A stretch of DNA of 64,000 nucleotides from an uncultured candidate division Zixibacteria bacterium. GTDB lineage: Bacteria > Zixibacteria > MSB-5A5 > UBA10806 > 4484-95. A program made the position numbers and the translations under genes. The stretch lies in the NCBI GenBank assembly GCA_963668625.2, contig CAXXKA010000008.1, positions 1,184,001 to 1,248,000 of the forward strand, given 5' to 3'. Below the pieces are notes generated by a model. It saw only the letters and a program-made list of their open reading frames with translations, searched no databases and was not told the DNA's origin. The first letter of the stretch is position 1. Each line of letters opens with the position of its first letter. Shown piece after piece: positions 9,001-19,393 of the stretch.

Positions 9001-10001
9001 CACTTACCTCCCTTCCCGGTAAGGCCTTCACCGGATAAAGGCAGTAGTCGCAATACCCCGTTTTCATCCTCATCTATAATGTATTTATTTTTAACTTTAG
9101 GCAATACCTTGCTCATCGTTTCCAGGTAGATACGCCTGCGCGTAACATCCTTGGCGTTGACATACTGCTTCCATAAATCGATAAACCTGGAAGCATCTCC
9201 CTGGGCTCGATTGATCCTGTTAATGGCATATCCTTCAGCTTCCTTAATAACTTTCTCGGCATCGCCTCTGGCCTTGGGGATGATCGTGTTATATTCAGTC
9301 ATGGCCTCGTTGATCAACTGCTCTTTTTCCTGCTTGGCTTCGTTAACCGCGTTAAACGCAGGCTTGACCGGATCGGGCGGGGTGACATCCTGAAGCTTAA
9401 CCGTCACCACCTTGATACCGGATTCGTAACGATCAAGAAGTTCCTGCATCTTTAGCGTAGCCACATCGCCGACCTCCATACGCTCGATAGTTAACACGCC
9501 GTCAACGCTCCTATCGCCGATAATCATTCGCATGGCCGCCTCGGAGACATCACGAATTGTCTCCTCGACATTACGAACATTGAACAGATAATTACGCGGA
9601 TCACTGATCTTGTACTGGACGATCCAGTCAACATCGACCACGTTCAAATCACCGGTCAGCATCAATGACTCATCCTGGTAGCTGCCTTTCGAACGTTGGG
9701 TGCGTATGCCTGGTTTCGAGGTGCGGAATCCGAACTCCTGGGTCAGGATTCTCCTGGCCGCCACTTTCGTCACTTTCTCTATACCGATCGGTAGTTTCAT
9801 GTGAAGACCCGGTTCCGTTGTTTTCACGTACTTACCGAATCTCTGAACGACGCCGACCGATTCGGTGCCAACCGAGTAAAACATCGATGACAATCCAATA
9901 AGCGCAACAATTGCTATTATGATGTACACTCCCGGTTTGGTGTAGTTGCGCCGTGGGATACGTCTAAGGTAATCCTCGATATTTTCCTTTTCAAAATCCA
10001 T
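9000..10001 (-). CDS. hflK: FtsH protease modulator HflK
   Basis: VVQRFGKY, PGLHMKLP, MLTGDLNVVDV, PPDPVKPAF, IP.ARG.A...EAEGY, VTRRRIYLETM. Start ATG 10001 has a GGAGG RBS (track: 10022). Confidence 0.93.
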   Translation of the reverse strand: MDFEKENIEDYLRRIPRRNYTKPGVYIIIAIVALIGLSSMFYSVGTESVGVVQRFGKYVKTTEPGLHMKLPIGIEKVTKVAARRILTQEFGFRTSKPGIRTQRSKGSYQDESLMLTGDLNVVDVDWIVQYKISDPRNYLFNVRNVEETIRDVSEAAMRMIIGDRSVDGVLTIERMEVGDVATLKMQELLDRYESGIKVVTVKLQDVTPPDPVKPAFNAVNEAKQEKEQLINEAMTEYNTIIPKARGDAEKVIKEAEGYAINRINRAQGDASRFIDLWKQYVNAKDVTRRRIYLETMSKVLPKVKNKYIIDEDENGVLRLLPLSGEGLTGKGGK

Positions 10002-10475
10002 TAAACCTCCGTTATTTTTCAATTCATATATAGTAACTTAAAACAACAGCCAATTGTTTACAAGTTATATCTACCATTATTACACGTTGGGGGAGATAGT
10101 ATTCAAAGCGATTTCCTCACTCAAGAAATGAGTAGCGCAATGATGTACACTGTGCTGCGATAGGGCTGGATTACTGCAAAATCTACACTCCGAGTCTCTG
10201 GGTGTCTTTTCCCGGCGACATTCTGCATGAATTCCGTTGGCAGGAAAGGATGAATCATGGACTTCGTTGCTTGGCGCCTCAGCCAGGCTATTTGACAATC
10301 CCGGTGTTTCGCAACGAGATGGTAAAAACCTGGCACTAATGAGCTGAATTGGTAATTTTGAACGTCAAATATTAAATTGTAATATGAACAGGATTAGAAA
10401 ATAAATTTATGTAAGATATAAACAGGAGCGATCAATAAAACACTACTGCTCGGGGCAATCAAGTGCTCAGTAACG

Positions 10476-12131
10476 TTATTTAGCTATGCGTTCGGTAGCC
10501 TCATCCATAGTTTTTGACATACTGCCGTATTTCGAGGAATCGGCCGGAGACCATTCGCCTATATGTTCTGAGAATGTCTTGCAGATACCTTTCGATTTAT
10601 ATTTCTCGTACGAGTTATACTGCCAGCCCATGTAATCCGAACCTCCGCCGCCGACAGTCGTTACCAGGAAACGATTGCCGACATGACCGATATATCGCGC
10701 CTGACCTGCAGGCCAGTCCTGATCGCCGCCTGAGGGATCGACGGGCAGCCAGCCGATTTTCGGTAAATACACCTGGCACCAGCGATGGAAAACATCATCC
10801 GCCGAGGCCAGGTCACCTCGCTGGACGATCGAACCCTCGTAGCGGGCCGGAAGTCCGGCCGCTCTGCACATGGCGATAAATACGAACGAGTATTCCGAGC
10901 ATGAGCCGTTGCCGCGTTCTAACACTGTCGGCGCGATATTCCAGCCGCCGGCAAGCTCGTAATACATATTATCGATTATATAGCGGTATATTTTCCTCAT
11001 CATCCAGTAAGGATTAGTCTCATCCCCGATTGCGGCGGTAACCGCTTTTTTGATAGTCTCGGAATCTATAGCGAACTTGCTATCATTTATCAGGTACTGT
11101 TTTTTGATATCTTTTGGGATGTCCTTAAGCTTGCCGACATTCTCGGGCGTCACCATCATCCAGTGATCGTAAATTTTAGCGGTGGTTTTATATGCCGCCT
11201 GTACCATCTCGCCGGGACCTACCTCATCGAAATGAAAGCTAGCGACTTTCAACCCCCACTTATCCTCTATTATTTCATGCTTGGCCGAACTCATGTACAC
11301 CGGAGCGTCCAGTAGCTCCTGATGCGGCGAGTTCTGGGGGACGGCCAGGTAAATATCCAAATCGATAATCGTGCCCGGGCCGTAATTTCTGAATTGATGA
11401 GTGTATTCGCAATACTCGTATACCGGATCGGTCGTGTAGTTTATCTCATCATCTTTCGTGATAATCGTGTATATCGAATCGGATTGATAATCGGCGCAGT
11501 ACAGCTTGCCATCACGATATGCCAGCCCCCAGGCGTAGGCATCAGGCGAATCGAACATCAGTATAACCTCACCCGTTTCCGGCCATACCATGTAGATGCG
11601 GTCGGCGCTTCTATCGCTTACCCAGAGGTAAACACCATCATAGGCCAACCCGGTCGGGTTGCTCGATGGCGATTTCAGTTCCTTGATAGTAGTTCCGTCC
11701 TCGGTGGATATTTGCAGTAGTTGATCCGCTTTCGAATCGGCCAGCCATAAATATTGACCATCCCAGGCTAAACCTCTGGGGCTTTGCGCCGGGCACCAGA
11801 TCGTTTTTCGGGCGACCTGTGTCTCGTAGTCGAGCTGAATTATTTCCTCATCCTCCGAATCGATGACCCATAGATATTTACCATCATAGGTAAGACCCTC
11901 CGGCCTGTAACCCGGCGCGGTTATTTCAGAGATAATTTCTCCCGTACCTGGTTTCAACTTGTAGATCATATCAGTTTTGCTGTCGACTACATACAGGTAT
12001 TCGCCATCGGTGGCCATTCCTGCCGGGCAGCTTTTCGGCGTCGGATAGCTATTTACTATATCACCGGTGACAGCGTTAACGGTAGTTGATAATAAAATCA
12101 AAATTGCGGCAATTAAGAGATTTCTCATCAT
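10476..12131 (-). CDS. Secreted beta-propeller (P.GLA.DG..LWV.D repeats) fused to a transglutaminase-like domain
   Basis: Five propeller blades; catalytic triad motifs GNGSCSEYS (Cys), FHRWCQVY (His), WLPVDP (Asp). Confidence 0.85.
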   Translation of the reverse strand: MMRNLLIAAILILLSTTVNAVTGDIVNSYPTPKSCPAGMATDGEYLYVVDSKTDMIYKLKPGTGEIISEITAPGYRPEGLTYDGKYLWVIDSEDEEIIQLDYETQVARKTIWCPAQSPRGLAWDGQYLWLADSKADQLLQISTEDGTTIKELKSPSSNPTGLAYDGVYLWVSDRSADRIYMVWPETGEVILMFDSPDAYAWGLAYRDGKLYCADYQSDSIYTIITKDDEINYTTDPVYEYCEYTHQFRNYGPGTIIDLDIYLAVPQNSPHQELLDAPVYMSSAKHEIIEDKWGLKVASFHFDEVGPGEMVQAAYKTTAKIYDHWMMVTPENVGKLKDIPKDIKKQYLINDSKFAIDSETIKKAVTAAIGDETNPYWMMRKIYRYIIDNMYYELAGGWNIAPTVLERGNGSCSEYSFVFIAMCRAAGLPARYEGSIVQRGDLASADDVFHRWCQVYLPKIGWLPVDPSGGDQDWPAGQARYIGHVGNRFLVTTVGGGGSDYMGWQYNSYEKYKSKGICKTFSEHIGEWSPADSSKYGSMSKTMDEATERIAK

Positions 12132-12433
12132 ATCCTCCTGATTTTACGTGATATATATGATAATTTCGATGATTACGACAAGTGGAATTCAAACGGTTAA
12201 AATTCTTTAAGGGATGATTTGCATTAAGGGGGATATCGGGTTACCTGAGAATGATCAGTAACGATTAAGCTGTCTTGACCTATCTCCGGTTCCTTTCGAT
12301 GACTTTTTCGACAATCACCTTCAAAAAAATATATAATATGTTGGAATATTTTTACATTTTAGAGAGTATAACAGTTAAAGATCGGGAAATTCGGATTATC
12401 ATAATTATATGATGAGTATTGAGGAGGATGACA

Positions 12434-14647
12434 ATGAAACGAATTATTAACGCGTTTTTTATCATGCTGTTATTGGGAGGCGCGTGCCTGGCTGACGGTG
12501 TATTGATACCCCGACCCATCCGGCCTATGCCGCGCGATTTTCCACATAATCCACTGCTTAACGTGAAATATCATCACGTTTTAGTTGAAATCGACGACCC
12601 GGTGGCGGTCACCAAAATCGATCAGGTGTTTGCCAACCCCTATAATCGTGAATTGGAAGCCGACTATATGTTCCCCATTCCCGAAGGGGCGGTCATCAAT
12701 GGTTTCACCGCTTATTTGAACGGTACCGAGATGAATGCCGAGCTTCTTGATGCCGATGACGCCCGGCGTATATACGAGGATATAGTTCGTAAACGCAAAG
12801 ACCCGGCCTTGCTGGAATATGCAGACAGAGGCATGTACCGTTTACGAGTCTATCCCATACCGGCCAGAGGCGAGGTCAGGATCAAGATAGAGTACAAGCA
12901 AACCTTGACCGCCGACTACGGCAATGTCGAATATATCTATCCGCTCAATACCGAAAAATACTCCGGCGCGAATCTCGATGATTGCCGGGTGGAGATCAAG
13001 CTGAAGTCGTTCGAGAATATCGGTTCGGTATATTGCCCCAGCCACGATATCAGCTCCGATAGAATAAACGAGAAGGAATTCAAAATCGTTTATCATGATG
13101 AGAACGTCAGGCCGGATAAAGACCTGGCACTATATTTCACTCGTCAGCAAAAAGATTTCGGTTTTCATATGCTCAGTTTCAGGGAGAAGCGAAATGATAA
13201 AGGTTATTTCATAGGTATACTCTCGCCGCCACTGGATTCGAACCTGCCTCATATTCCGAAGAACCTGCTGTTCGTTTTGGATAGCTCCGGCAGTATGAAA
13301 GGCGAGAAATTCGAGCAGGCTATGTCGGCGATGGAGTTCGTGCTGCGAGATCTTAAGGCAGAGGATAAATTCAATATCATAGACTATGACGATGAGATCA
13401 GGCCGTATAAAGATGGACTGGTCGAGGCCGACAAAGCCAATATCAACGAGGCAATCGAGTTCGCCAAAGATAGTTTTGAGGCCAACGGCGGAACTAATAT
13501 TTACGAGGCGCTGGAAATAGCCTGCGGAATGATTCCCCGAGGAGATACGCCTACGTATATATTGTTTTTAACCGATGGTTTGCCTACAGTAGGGCAACGC
13601 GATATCGATAAGATAGTGAAAAATACCAGCAAGTTAAATGAGGCGCGTGCCCGGTTATTTGCTTTCGGTGTCGGCTATGATGTCAACACGGTGTTGCTTG
13701 ACCGTCTGGCCGAGGAGAACCATGGTCTGCCCGAGTATGTTTCTCCCGATGAGGATATCGAGGTAAAAGTATCTCATCTGGCAACCAGGATTAGCCGCCC
13801 GGCATTAACCGATATCAAGCTTGCATTCGCTAATGCCGGCAGCGAGATGCTTTACCCCAATCCGTTACCGGATTTATTTTATGGTTCGGAGATGATTATT
13901 TCAGGTCGATATACCGGAGATGGTGACGATCAGGCGATCATTACCGGCAAGATTGCGGGCAAGGAGAAAATATACGAGTTCCCGGTTAAATTCCGAAGAG
14001 GTTCGGCAAAAGATGAATTCATTGCTCTCCTGTGGGCGAACAGGCGAATAGGATATCTGACCCAGCAGATAAGACTTCACGGAGAGGATGATGAGCTTAT
14101 CGATGAGATAGTCGTGCTTTCCAAGAGATACGGTATTATAACCGACTACACCTCGTTCCTCGTTACCGGGGATGATGTTCATGCCGCCGAGGATTTATAT
14201 TTCCGTGGCAGTAGAGCGGCTGCGCAAGAATCATTCAAGAGTAATCTTAAAAGTAACTACTACATGGAATCGGGGCATACCGCGTTTAATCAGTCATCCA
14301 ACAACAGCAAGATGCAGCAAAGCGGTCAGGTGAATAAATCATACGCTATCGATTTGGATGAATCACGCGTTCAGAGCCAGTACTCGCAAGTAGGAGCGCA
14401 GAATTTCGTCAACTTGAGCGGCAACTGGATACAGGCCGATTTACCCGAGGATAAATACGATATCGAAATAAAGAATTTCTCCACCGCTTATTTTAAAGTT
14501 CTCGAACAGGATCCCTCATTGGGAAGATACCTCGGGTTAGGTGATAATGTCAGGGTACAGATTGGAACGCAGGTAGTTCAGTTCTCCGATGACGGGCAGG
14601 AGACGATTACCGAAAGTGAATTGAAGCTTCTATTCCCGGGTATTTGA
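12434..14647 (+). CDS. Secreted VIT (inter-alpha-trypsin inhibitor-like) and vWA domain protein
   Basis: Signal peptide; VIT motifs (Q.F.NP, Y.FP.P..A, A..IYE.IV...KDPALLE); MIDAS DSSGSM, GGTNI, FLTDG, FGVGYDVN. Start ATG 12434 follows GAGGAGG. Confidence 0.9.
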   Translation: MKRIINAFFIMLLLGGACLADGVLIPRPIRPMPRDFPHNPLLNVKYHHVLVEIDDPVAVTKIDQVFANPYNRELEADYMFPIPEGAVINGFTAYLNGTEMNAELLDADDARRIYEDIVRKRKDPALLEYADRGMYRLRVYPIPARGEVRIKIEYKQTLTADYGNVEYIYPLNTEKYSGANLDDCRVEIKLKSFENIGSVYCPSHDISSDRINEKEFKIVYHDENVRPDKDLALYFTRQQKDFGFHMLSFREKRNDKGYFIGILSPPLDSNLPHIPKNLLFVLDSSGSMKGEKFEQAMSAMEFVLRDLKAEDKFNIIDYDDEIRPYKDGLVEADKANINEAIEFAKDSFEANGGTNIYEALEIACGMIPRGDTPTYILFLTDGLPTVGQRDIDKIVKNTSKLNEARARLFAFGVGYDVNTVLLDRLAEENHGLPEYVSPDEDIEVKVSHLATRISRPALTDIKLAFANAGSEMLYPNPLPDLFYGSEMIISGRYTGDGDDQAIITGKIAGKEKIYEFPVKFRRGSAKDEFIALLWANRRIGYLTQQIRLHGEDDELIDEIVVLSKRYGIITDYTSFLVTGDDVHAAEDLYFRGSRAAAQESFKSNLKSNYYMESGHTAFNQSSNNSKMQQSGQVNKSYAIDLDESRVQSQYSQVGAQNFVNLSGNWIQADLPEDKYDIEIKNFSTAYFKVLEQDPSLGRYLGLGDNVRVQIGTQVVQFSDDGQETITESELKLLFPGI

Positions 14648-14659
14648 AATATATGATCC

Positions 14660-14690
14660 GGCAGGTCGTGGAATTTGCGACCTGCCTTTA
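14660..14690 (+). terminator. Intrinsic terminator after the VIT-vWA gene
   Basis: GGCAGGTCGT...GCGACCTGCC followed by TTT. Confidence 0.7.
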
Positions 14691-15061
14691 ATACTGATTT
14701 TCGTTAAATATTGGTTCCAATATTCTGTTTTGAGTTACTGACATTTTTACTGCAATTGGAGAGTATTCATTTCGTAAACAACTATTCCGATTGACATAAT
14801 CTGATTATTACTTAAATTTAACAATGAATGTTAATGACGTTATTCCCTTGAAGGATGTATGGAAAAAACTGATGACGTTATTAATCATAGTTTTACCGGC
14901 AGTGTCGCTAAATACTGATAGCGGCAGATTCGAGCAAAGCGAAGATGGTTGGCAGACTTTTAATATGGGTGGTATCCCGCAAAGTAGTTTATTTCTACCA
15001 CCTGCTGGCCGATAACATTACTGAAACCCGTAAAATGCCGATGATGAAATAAATCGTATTC

Positions 15062-15715
15062 ATGAAAAACAAAGCTGCAATATTTTTAAACGGCGCGTAT
15101 CCGCCGGATCATAGCTACTTCTACATCCATGAGTACAAGCGCGCCGGGGACGACAGCGTAATTATAGTTGCCGACGGTGGACTTCAGTTTTTTATCAATC
15201 ATGAGATCGCGCCCGACTTGATAATCGGTGATTGGGATTCGGCCGATATCGAGACTGTAAAATCTTATCCCAAAGCGGTTACAATAAGCGTACCCTCCGA
15301 GGGAAAAGACTACACCGATACCGAACTGGCGCTAAACTGGTGCCTGGAGAATGGCGTGAAAGATATCACGCTTTACGGCGGAGTGGATAACTCATTCGAG
15401 ACCGATCAAATGCTCGGTAATGTGTTTTTAATGTTTACCTACAAAGACAGATTCAATTCTATCAAGATGCGCGATTATTGCCAGGAGATAGTTCCCCTAA
15501 TTGATGAATGTTATACCGGGAACGGGACTGAGGATGATATGCTTTCGGTTGTTCCCGTTTCGGAACATATAGTGCTTTCAGGGGATGGTTTGAAATACGA
15601 TCCCAGCGGCAAGACTTACGCGTTAGGGCAGACTACCTCGCTGAGGAATCAATTAGCTGATGCTGTTTTTCATATCGAATTGAAAGGCAAAGGTATACTG
15701 ATACATCATTTCTAA
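15062..15715 (+). CDS. thiN: Thiamine pyrophosphokinase
   Basis: IVADGG, PDLIIGDWDS, KDYTDTELAL, GLKY, LRN. Confidence 0.9.
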   Translation: MKNKAAIFLNGAYPPDHSYFYIHEYKRAGDDSVIIVADGGLQFFINHEIAPDLIIGDWDSADIETVKSYPKAVTISVPSEGKDYTDTELALNWCLENGVKDITLYGGVDNSFETDQMLGNVFLMFTYKDRFNSIKMRDYCQEIVPLIDECYTGNGTEDDMLSVVPVSEHIVLSGDGLKYDPSGKTYALGQTTSLRNQLADAVFHIELKGKGILIHHF

Positions 15716-18700
15716 GCAACCGGCAGTTTATCTCCGGAAGATTCAGACTGCAAAACCTCGCGAATCGCTTTGCCTAGAACTTGCATGGTATATGGCTTTT
15801 TCACGAATTTACCAACGCCCAGTTGTTCGGCTTTTATCACTCGTTCGGTTTCTGAAAAACCACTGGCGATAACCGCTTTTTGACTCGGATTGAGCTTTAT
15901 AAGTTCAATATACGTATCCAGCCCGTCAAAACCGTCCACCATTATCATATCCAGTACTACCAGGTCGTATCTTTTGAGTTTGGCTTTCATGACAGCCTCC
16001 TGGCCGCTGGAGGCTGTTTCAATCGAATATCCTAGCCCTGATAACATGGCTGAGGCCAAATCCCGTTGCTCTTCGAGATCATCTACGATAAGGATAGTCT
16101 CGTTCCCCCTGATATCGATGACCGAAGGAGTTTTGCGGATGTCATCGCTTTTAGAGCTTACGGGAAGGTATATATAAAACGTGCTGCCTTTGTTAGTCTC
16201 GCTTTGAATATCCACGTAACCGTTATGGTCTTTAATAACGCCGTAAACTATAGCCAATCCCAAACCGCTGCCGCTTCGCCCTAATTTCTTCTTGGTATAA
16301 AACGGTTCGAAAAGGTGGATTAAATCTTTTTCCTCTATACCCAACCCGGTGTCGGTTACCGATAGTACGATATATTCTCCGGCATCGATATTATCGAAAC
16401 CGCTATGCAATTCGTTTAAATATCGCGACCTGGTTTTAATAGTCAAACTGCCGCCGTCCGGCATGGCCTCGATCGCGTTAATAATCAAATTCATGACTAC
16501 TTTAGAGAGATGGGGGGAAGAACCATTGAATTTTATCATGTTCCGCTCAAGATCGAGATTCAGGTTTATTTCAGGATAATGAGAAATCAGGTCATCGTAA
16601 TCCGGAGAACCGAGATACTCCTCGATAATTTTATTCAGGTCTAAAGGCGACATCTCGTAACGGCCTCGGCGCGCCATCGTTAGAAGATCTTGAACCACGC
16701 CGGCAGCACGCTGAGCGGAATTCTCGATTTTTGAAATATGCTTCAAAATAGGGTGATCGGGTTCGAGGTTCATTCTTATGATATCCGGGTAAGCGACGAG
16801 CGGACCGAGAATATTATTCAAATCATGAGCGACTCCACCGGCAAGAATCCCTAATGATTCCATGCGCTGGGCACGGGTCAGTTTATCGCGAAGGTCACGT
16901 TTCTCTCTTTCTGATATTTTTTGCTCGGTGATATCGCTTAAAATACCCACCGCGCCCTTAACGACGCCGCTGCTCTCATCTATGAGCGGTGTTGCCGAGA
17001 TATGTATCTCGCGTATCTGGCCGTCTTTGCGTTTCATTCTTATATCGTATTTGCTATGCTCTTTCCTGATACGTTTCTGTGTACCGAGAGTGATCCTGCC
17101 AAAATCCTCCTCGATGATGAATTTGCTCAGATTCTGACCTATCATATCCGCGATCTCATACCCCAGCATAGCTCCGAGAGAGGAGTTAACGAATAAAAGT
17201 GTCTCCTCCAAATCGGCGATCATTACGCCGTCTTGCATGGACTCCAGAAACGATCTGTAGCTACGCTCCGATTGCCTGAGCAGCTTTTGCGCGCGATGGC
17301 CCTTGGTGATATCCCTGAAACTCCAGACACGACCGCTTACCAATTCGTTTTCTTTCAACGGGCAGCTGTACAACTCGCAAACACGCCCATCCGAAAGCTC
17401 GACTGTATCATAATCGACATCAGCCAAATTTTGCAATTCGCGTACTTTAGCTCTTAATTTATCGGAATTTCGCACCCGGCCGAGTACGTGGTCTATCATC
17501 CAGTTGTAATCCATCGACTTGCGCAGTTCTTCCGGGACATTCCAAAGATCCAGGAATCTCTGGTTGGTGTAAATTATTTTTTGATTTTTAGAAATGACAA
17601 AAATCCCATCCGCGGTTGACTCTATAGTCGAGGTGAGTAAACCCTTTGCGTCAGCAAGGGTTTTCTCCGCGATTTTGCGTTCGATAGCCGTAGCAATGTA
17701 CCCCGATACGTGAGTCAGGACCTCCAGGTCGCTTCGAGAGTAAGTATCCGGATTGTCATGATTATGCACGGCGGCGACACCGATAACTCCCGAGGGTGTA
17801 TTCAGAGGGACTCCCAACCAGATAGCCGAGCGCTTCCCAACTATTTCGATCTCACCCGAATCGTATAGCTTATCGAACGAAATCTTATCCGCCCATAATG
17901 GCTTACCGGTTCGTCTTACATAATCGGTAAGGCTTTTACTCAGTTGTTGAGGAGTAAAACTCTGCTCCTTGTATTTATTGATATCATAGGGAAAAGAATA
18001 TGTTTTGTTCTCCGAATCATACAGGGCGATGTAGAAATTGGTAGTATCCATCAACATGCCTAAAGCGTGATGAATTATCCTGAGCAACTCATCCAAATTC
18101 ATGGTCTTGTTAGCGGCATCGGATATCTCGAACAATACGGTCTGGATAAGTTCCATTCGTTTTTGAGCCGTAATATCGAATTTCATCTCATAGCGAACCC
18201 AACGGTTATCTGTCCACTGAATGGCTTTCGATATGCATTTGAACCATCTCTCTGTGATATTGTTGAAAACCTCCTTCGTGACCGATCTGCCATCAGGCTT
18301 CTCGAATAACTCGGAGTTATTGCAGGTCGAGCAAGGAGATTCGTATCCGCCAATATGATGGTAGCAGGGGGTATCTCCGGGATCACCCCAGAGTTTCTTG
18401 AATGCCTCATTGACATAGAGTATTTTATAATTGGATGGATCAGTGACACAAATAGGCTCGTTGATACCATCGAAAATAGTGACGAATTTGAGTCGTTCTT
18501 TTTCCAGAGCCCTCTCCGTATTCTCTCGTATTAGTACTTCTTTTTGAAGTTGATTGATCGTAATTCCTAGCCTGTTCCTGCCCAGATTGAGAGCTTTGGA
18601 GTGATGCGCGGAGAAGTAGGCCACAAGGTTAAAACAGAACAGGGTACCCAACGCCAATGCCATTCTGTACATTGGCTCTATCTCGATATCTATACTACCG

Positions 18701-19149
18701 AACCGAGGTTCGAGTCCGGCTAATCCCATAACCGCTAATGCGGCATAAGCGATAAACGCAATATTAGCGATTATGAAAGTATTGCGAACCGAGAGGATAA
18801 ACGAGCTGTAAATAATCACGAGCGGGTAGAAAATTAATCCGAAAAATAAATTTATACTGCCGATATAATACAAGCTCCAGGTTATCGCAAGTATATCAAT
18901 TATCTGTCCTGTCAATAGAACGGCATTAAGGTTTTTAAATCTGTTATTTGGCCAGGCAAATGGTCTGTTAAATATGATCAAAAAAAGCGGAGCCATGACC
19001 AGTTTATAAAACGGGAAATCAATCCAACCTGAATAGTAAATTATACCAAAAGTTATGATTGCCAGCGCGCTGGCAACAAAACGAGCTTTATATATCCACC
19101 GTAATTCACTATCCAGCAAAAGAATTCTCCCTGCCACAGATAAAATCAT
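15712..19149 (-). CDS. Membrane-bound hybrid sensor histidine kinase (TM-PAS-GAF-PAS-PAS-HisKA-HATPase-REC)
   Basis: Hydrophobic N-terminus; LAGGVAHDLNN (H-box), NLIINAIEAM, DTGLG, FEPFYT, GSGLGL; receiver ILIVDD...LDMIM...KP. Confidence 0.95.
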   Translation of the reverse strand: MILSVAGRILLLDSELRWIYKARFVASALAIITFGIIYYSGWIDFPFYKLVMAPLFLIIFNRPFAWPNNRFKNLNAVLLTGQIIDILAITWSLYYIGSINLFFGLIFYPLVIIYSSFILSVRNTFIIANIAFIAYAALAVMGLAGLEPRFGSIDIEIEPMYRMALALGTLFCFNLVAYFSAHHSKALNLGRNRLGITINQLQKEVLIRENTERALEKERLKFVTIFDGINEPICVTDPSNYKILYVNEAFKKLWGDPGDTPCYHHIGGYESPCSTCNNSELFEKPDGRSVTKEVFNNITERWFKCISKAIQWTDNRWVRYEMKFDITAQKRMELIQTVLFEISDAANKTMNLDELLRIIHHALGMLMDTTNFYIALYDSENKTYSFPYDINKYKEQSFTPQQLSKSLTDYVRRTGKPLWADKISFDKLYDSGEIEIVGKRSAIWLGVPLNTPSGVIGVAAVHNHDNPDTYSRSDLEVLTHVSGYIATAIERKIAEKTLADAKGLLTSTIESTADGIFVISKNQKIIYTNQRFLDLWNVPEELRKSMDYNWMIDHVLGRVRNSDKLRAKVRELQNLADVDYDTVELSDGRVCELYSCPLKENELVSGRVWSFRDITKGHRAQKLLRQSERSYRSFLESMQDGVMIADLEETLLFVNSSLGAMLGYEIADMIGQNLSKFIIEEDFGRITLGTQKRIRKEHSKYDIRMKRKDGQIREIHISATPLIDESSGVVKGAVGILSDITEQKISEREKRDLRDKLTRAQRMESLGILAGGVAHDLNNILGPLVAYPDIIRMNLEPDHPILKHISKIENSAQRAAGVVQDLLTMARRGRYEMSPLDLNKIIEEYLGSPDYDDLISHYPEINLNLDLERNMIKFNGSSPHLSKVVMNLIINAIEAMPDGGSLTIKTRSRYLNELHSGFDNIDAGEYIVLSVTDTGLGIEEKDLIHLFEPFYTKKKLGRSGSGLGLAIVYGVIKDHNGYVDIQSETNKGSTFYIYLPVSSKSDDIRKTPSVIDIRGNETILIVDDLEEQRDLASAMLSGLGYSIETASSGQEAVMKAKLKRYDLVVLDMIMVDGFDGLDTYIELIKLNPSQKAVIASGFSETERVIKAEQLGVGKFVKKPYTMQVLGKAIREVLQSESSGDKLPVA

Positions 19150-19393
19150 TTTTTATCAATATCGGTATAATATCATGGATATTCATGGTTCGGGGGCATA
19201 TTCATGTAGTTGTTATCTCATTCTGTTAATATATAAGTAAATCAATATTCTTTCGGATCGTCTACAAAATAGCTATAGCAGGTATATAGGTATCATGGAA
19301 ACAATAAAACATCTGCAATATAGACCGGATACAATTGATTACGTTTTAGTATGGATTGTAAATTAGCCGGTTTTGGCGGATCTCTCCGGATTA

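Noticed and set aside
10080-10340. Short ORFs or an IS200/RAYT transposase remnant upstream of hflK
   Set aside because: Fragments such as TLGEIVFKAISS and HEFRWQE faintly recall Y1 transposases, but they are short, separated by stops and lack the HUH motif.
14824-15015. 63-aa ORF before thiN
   Set aside because: No RBS and no recognisable motif. It could be leaderless (TTGACA at 14791) or a gene remnant, but support is insufficient.
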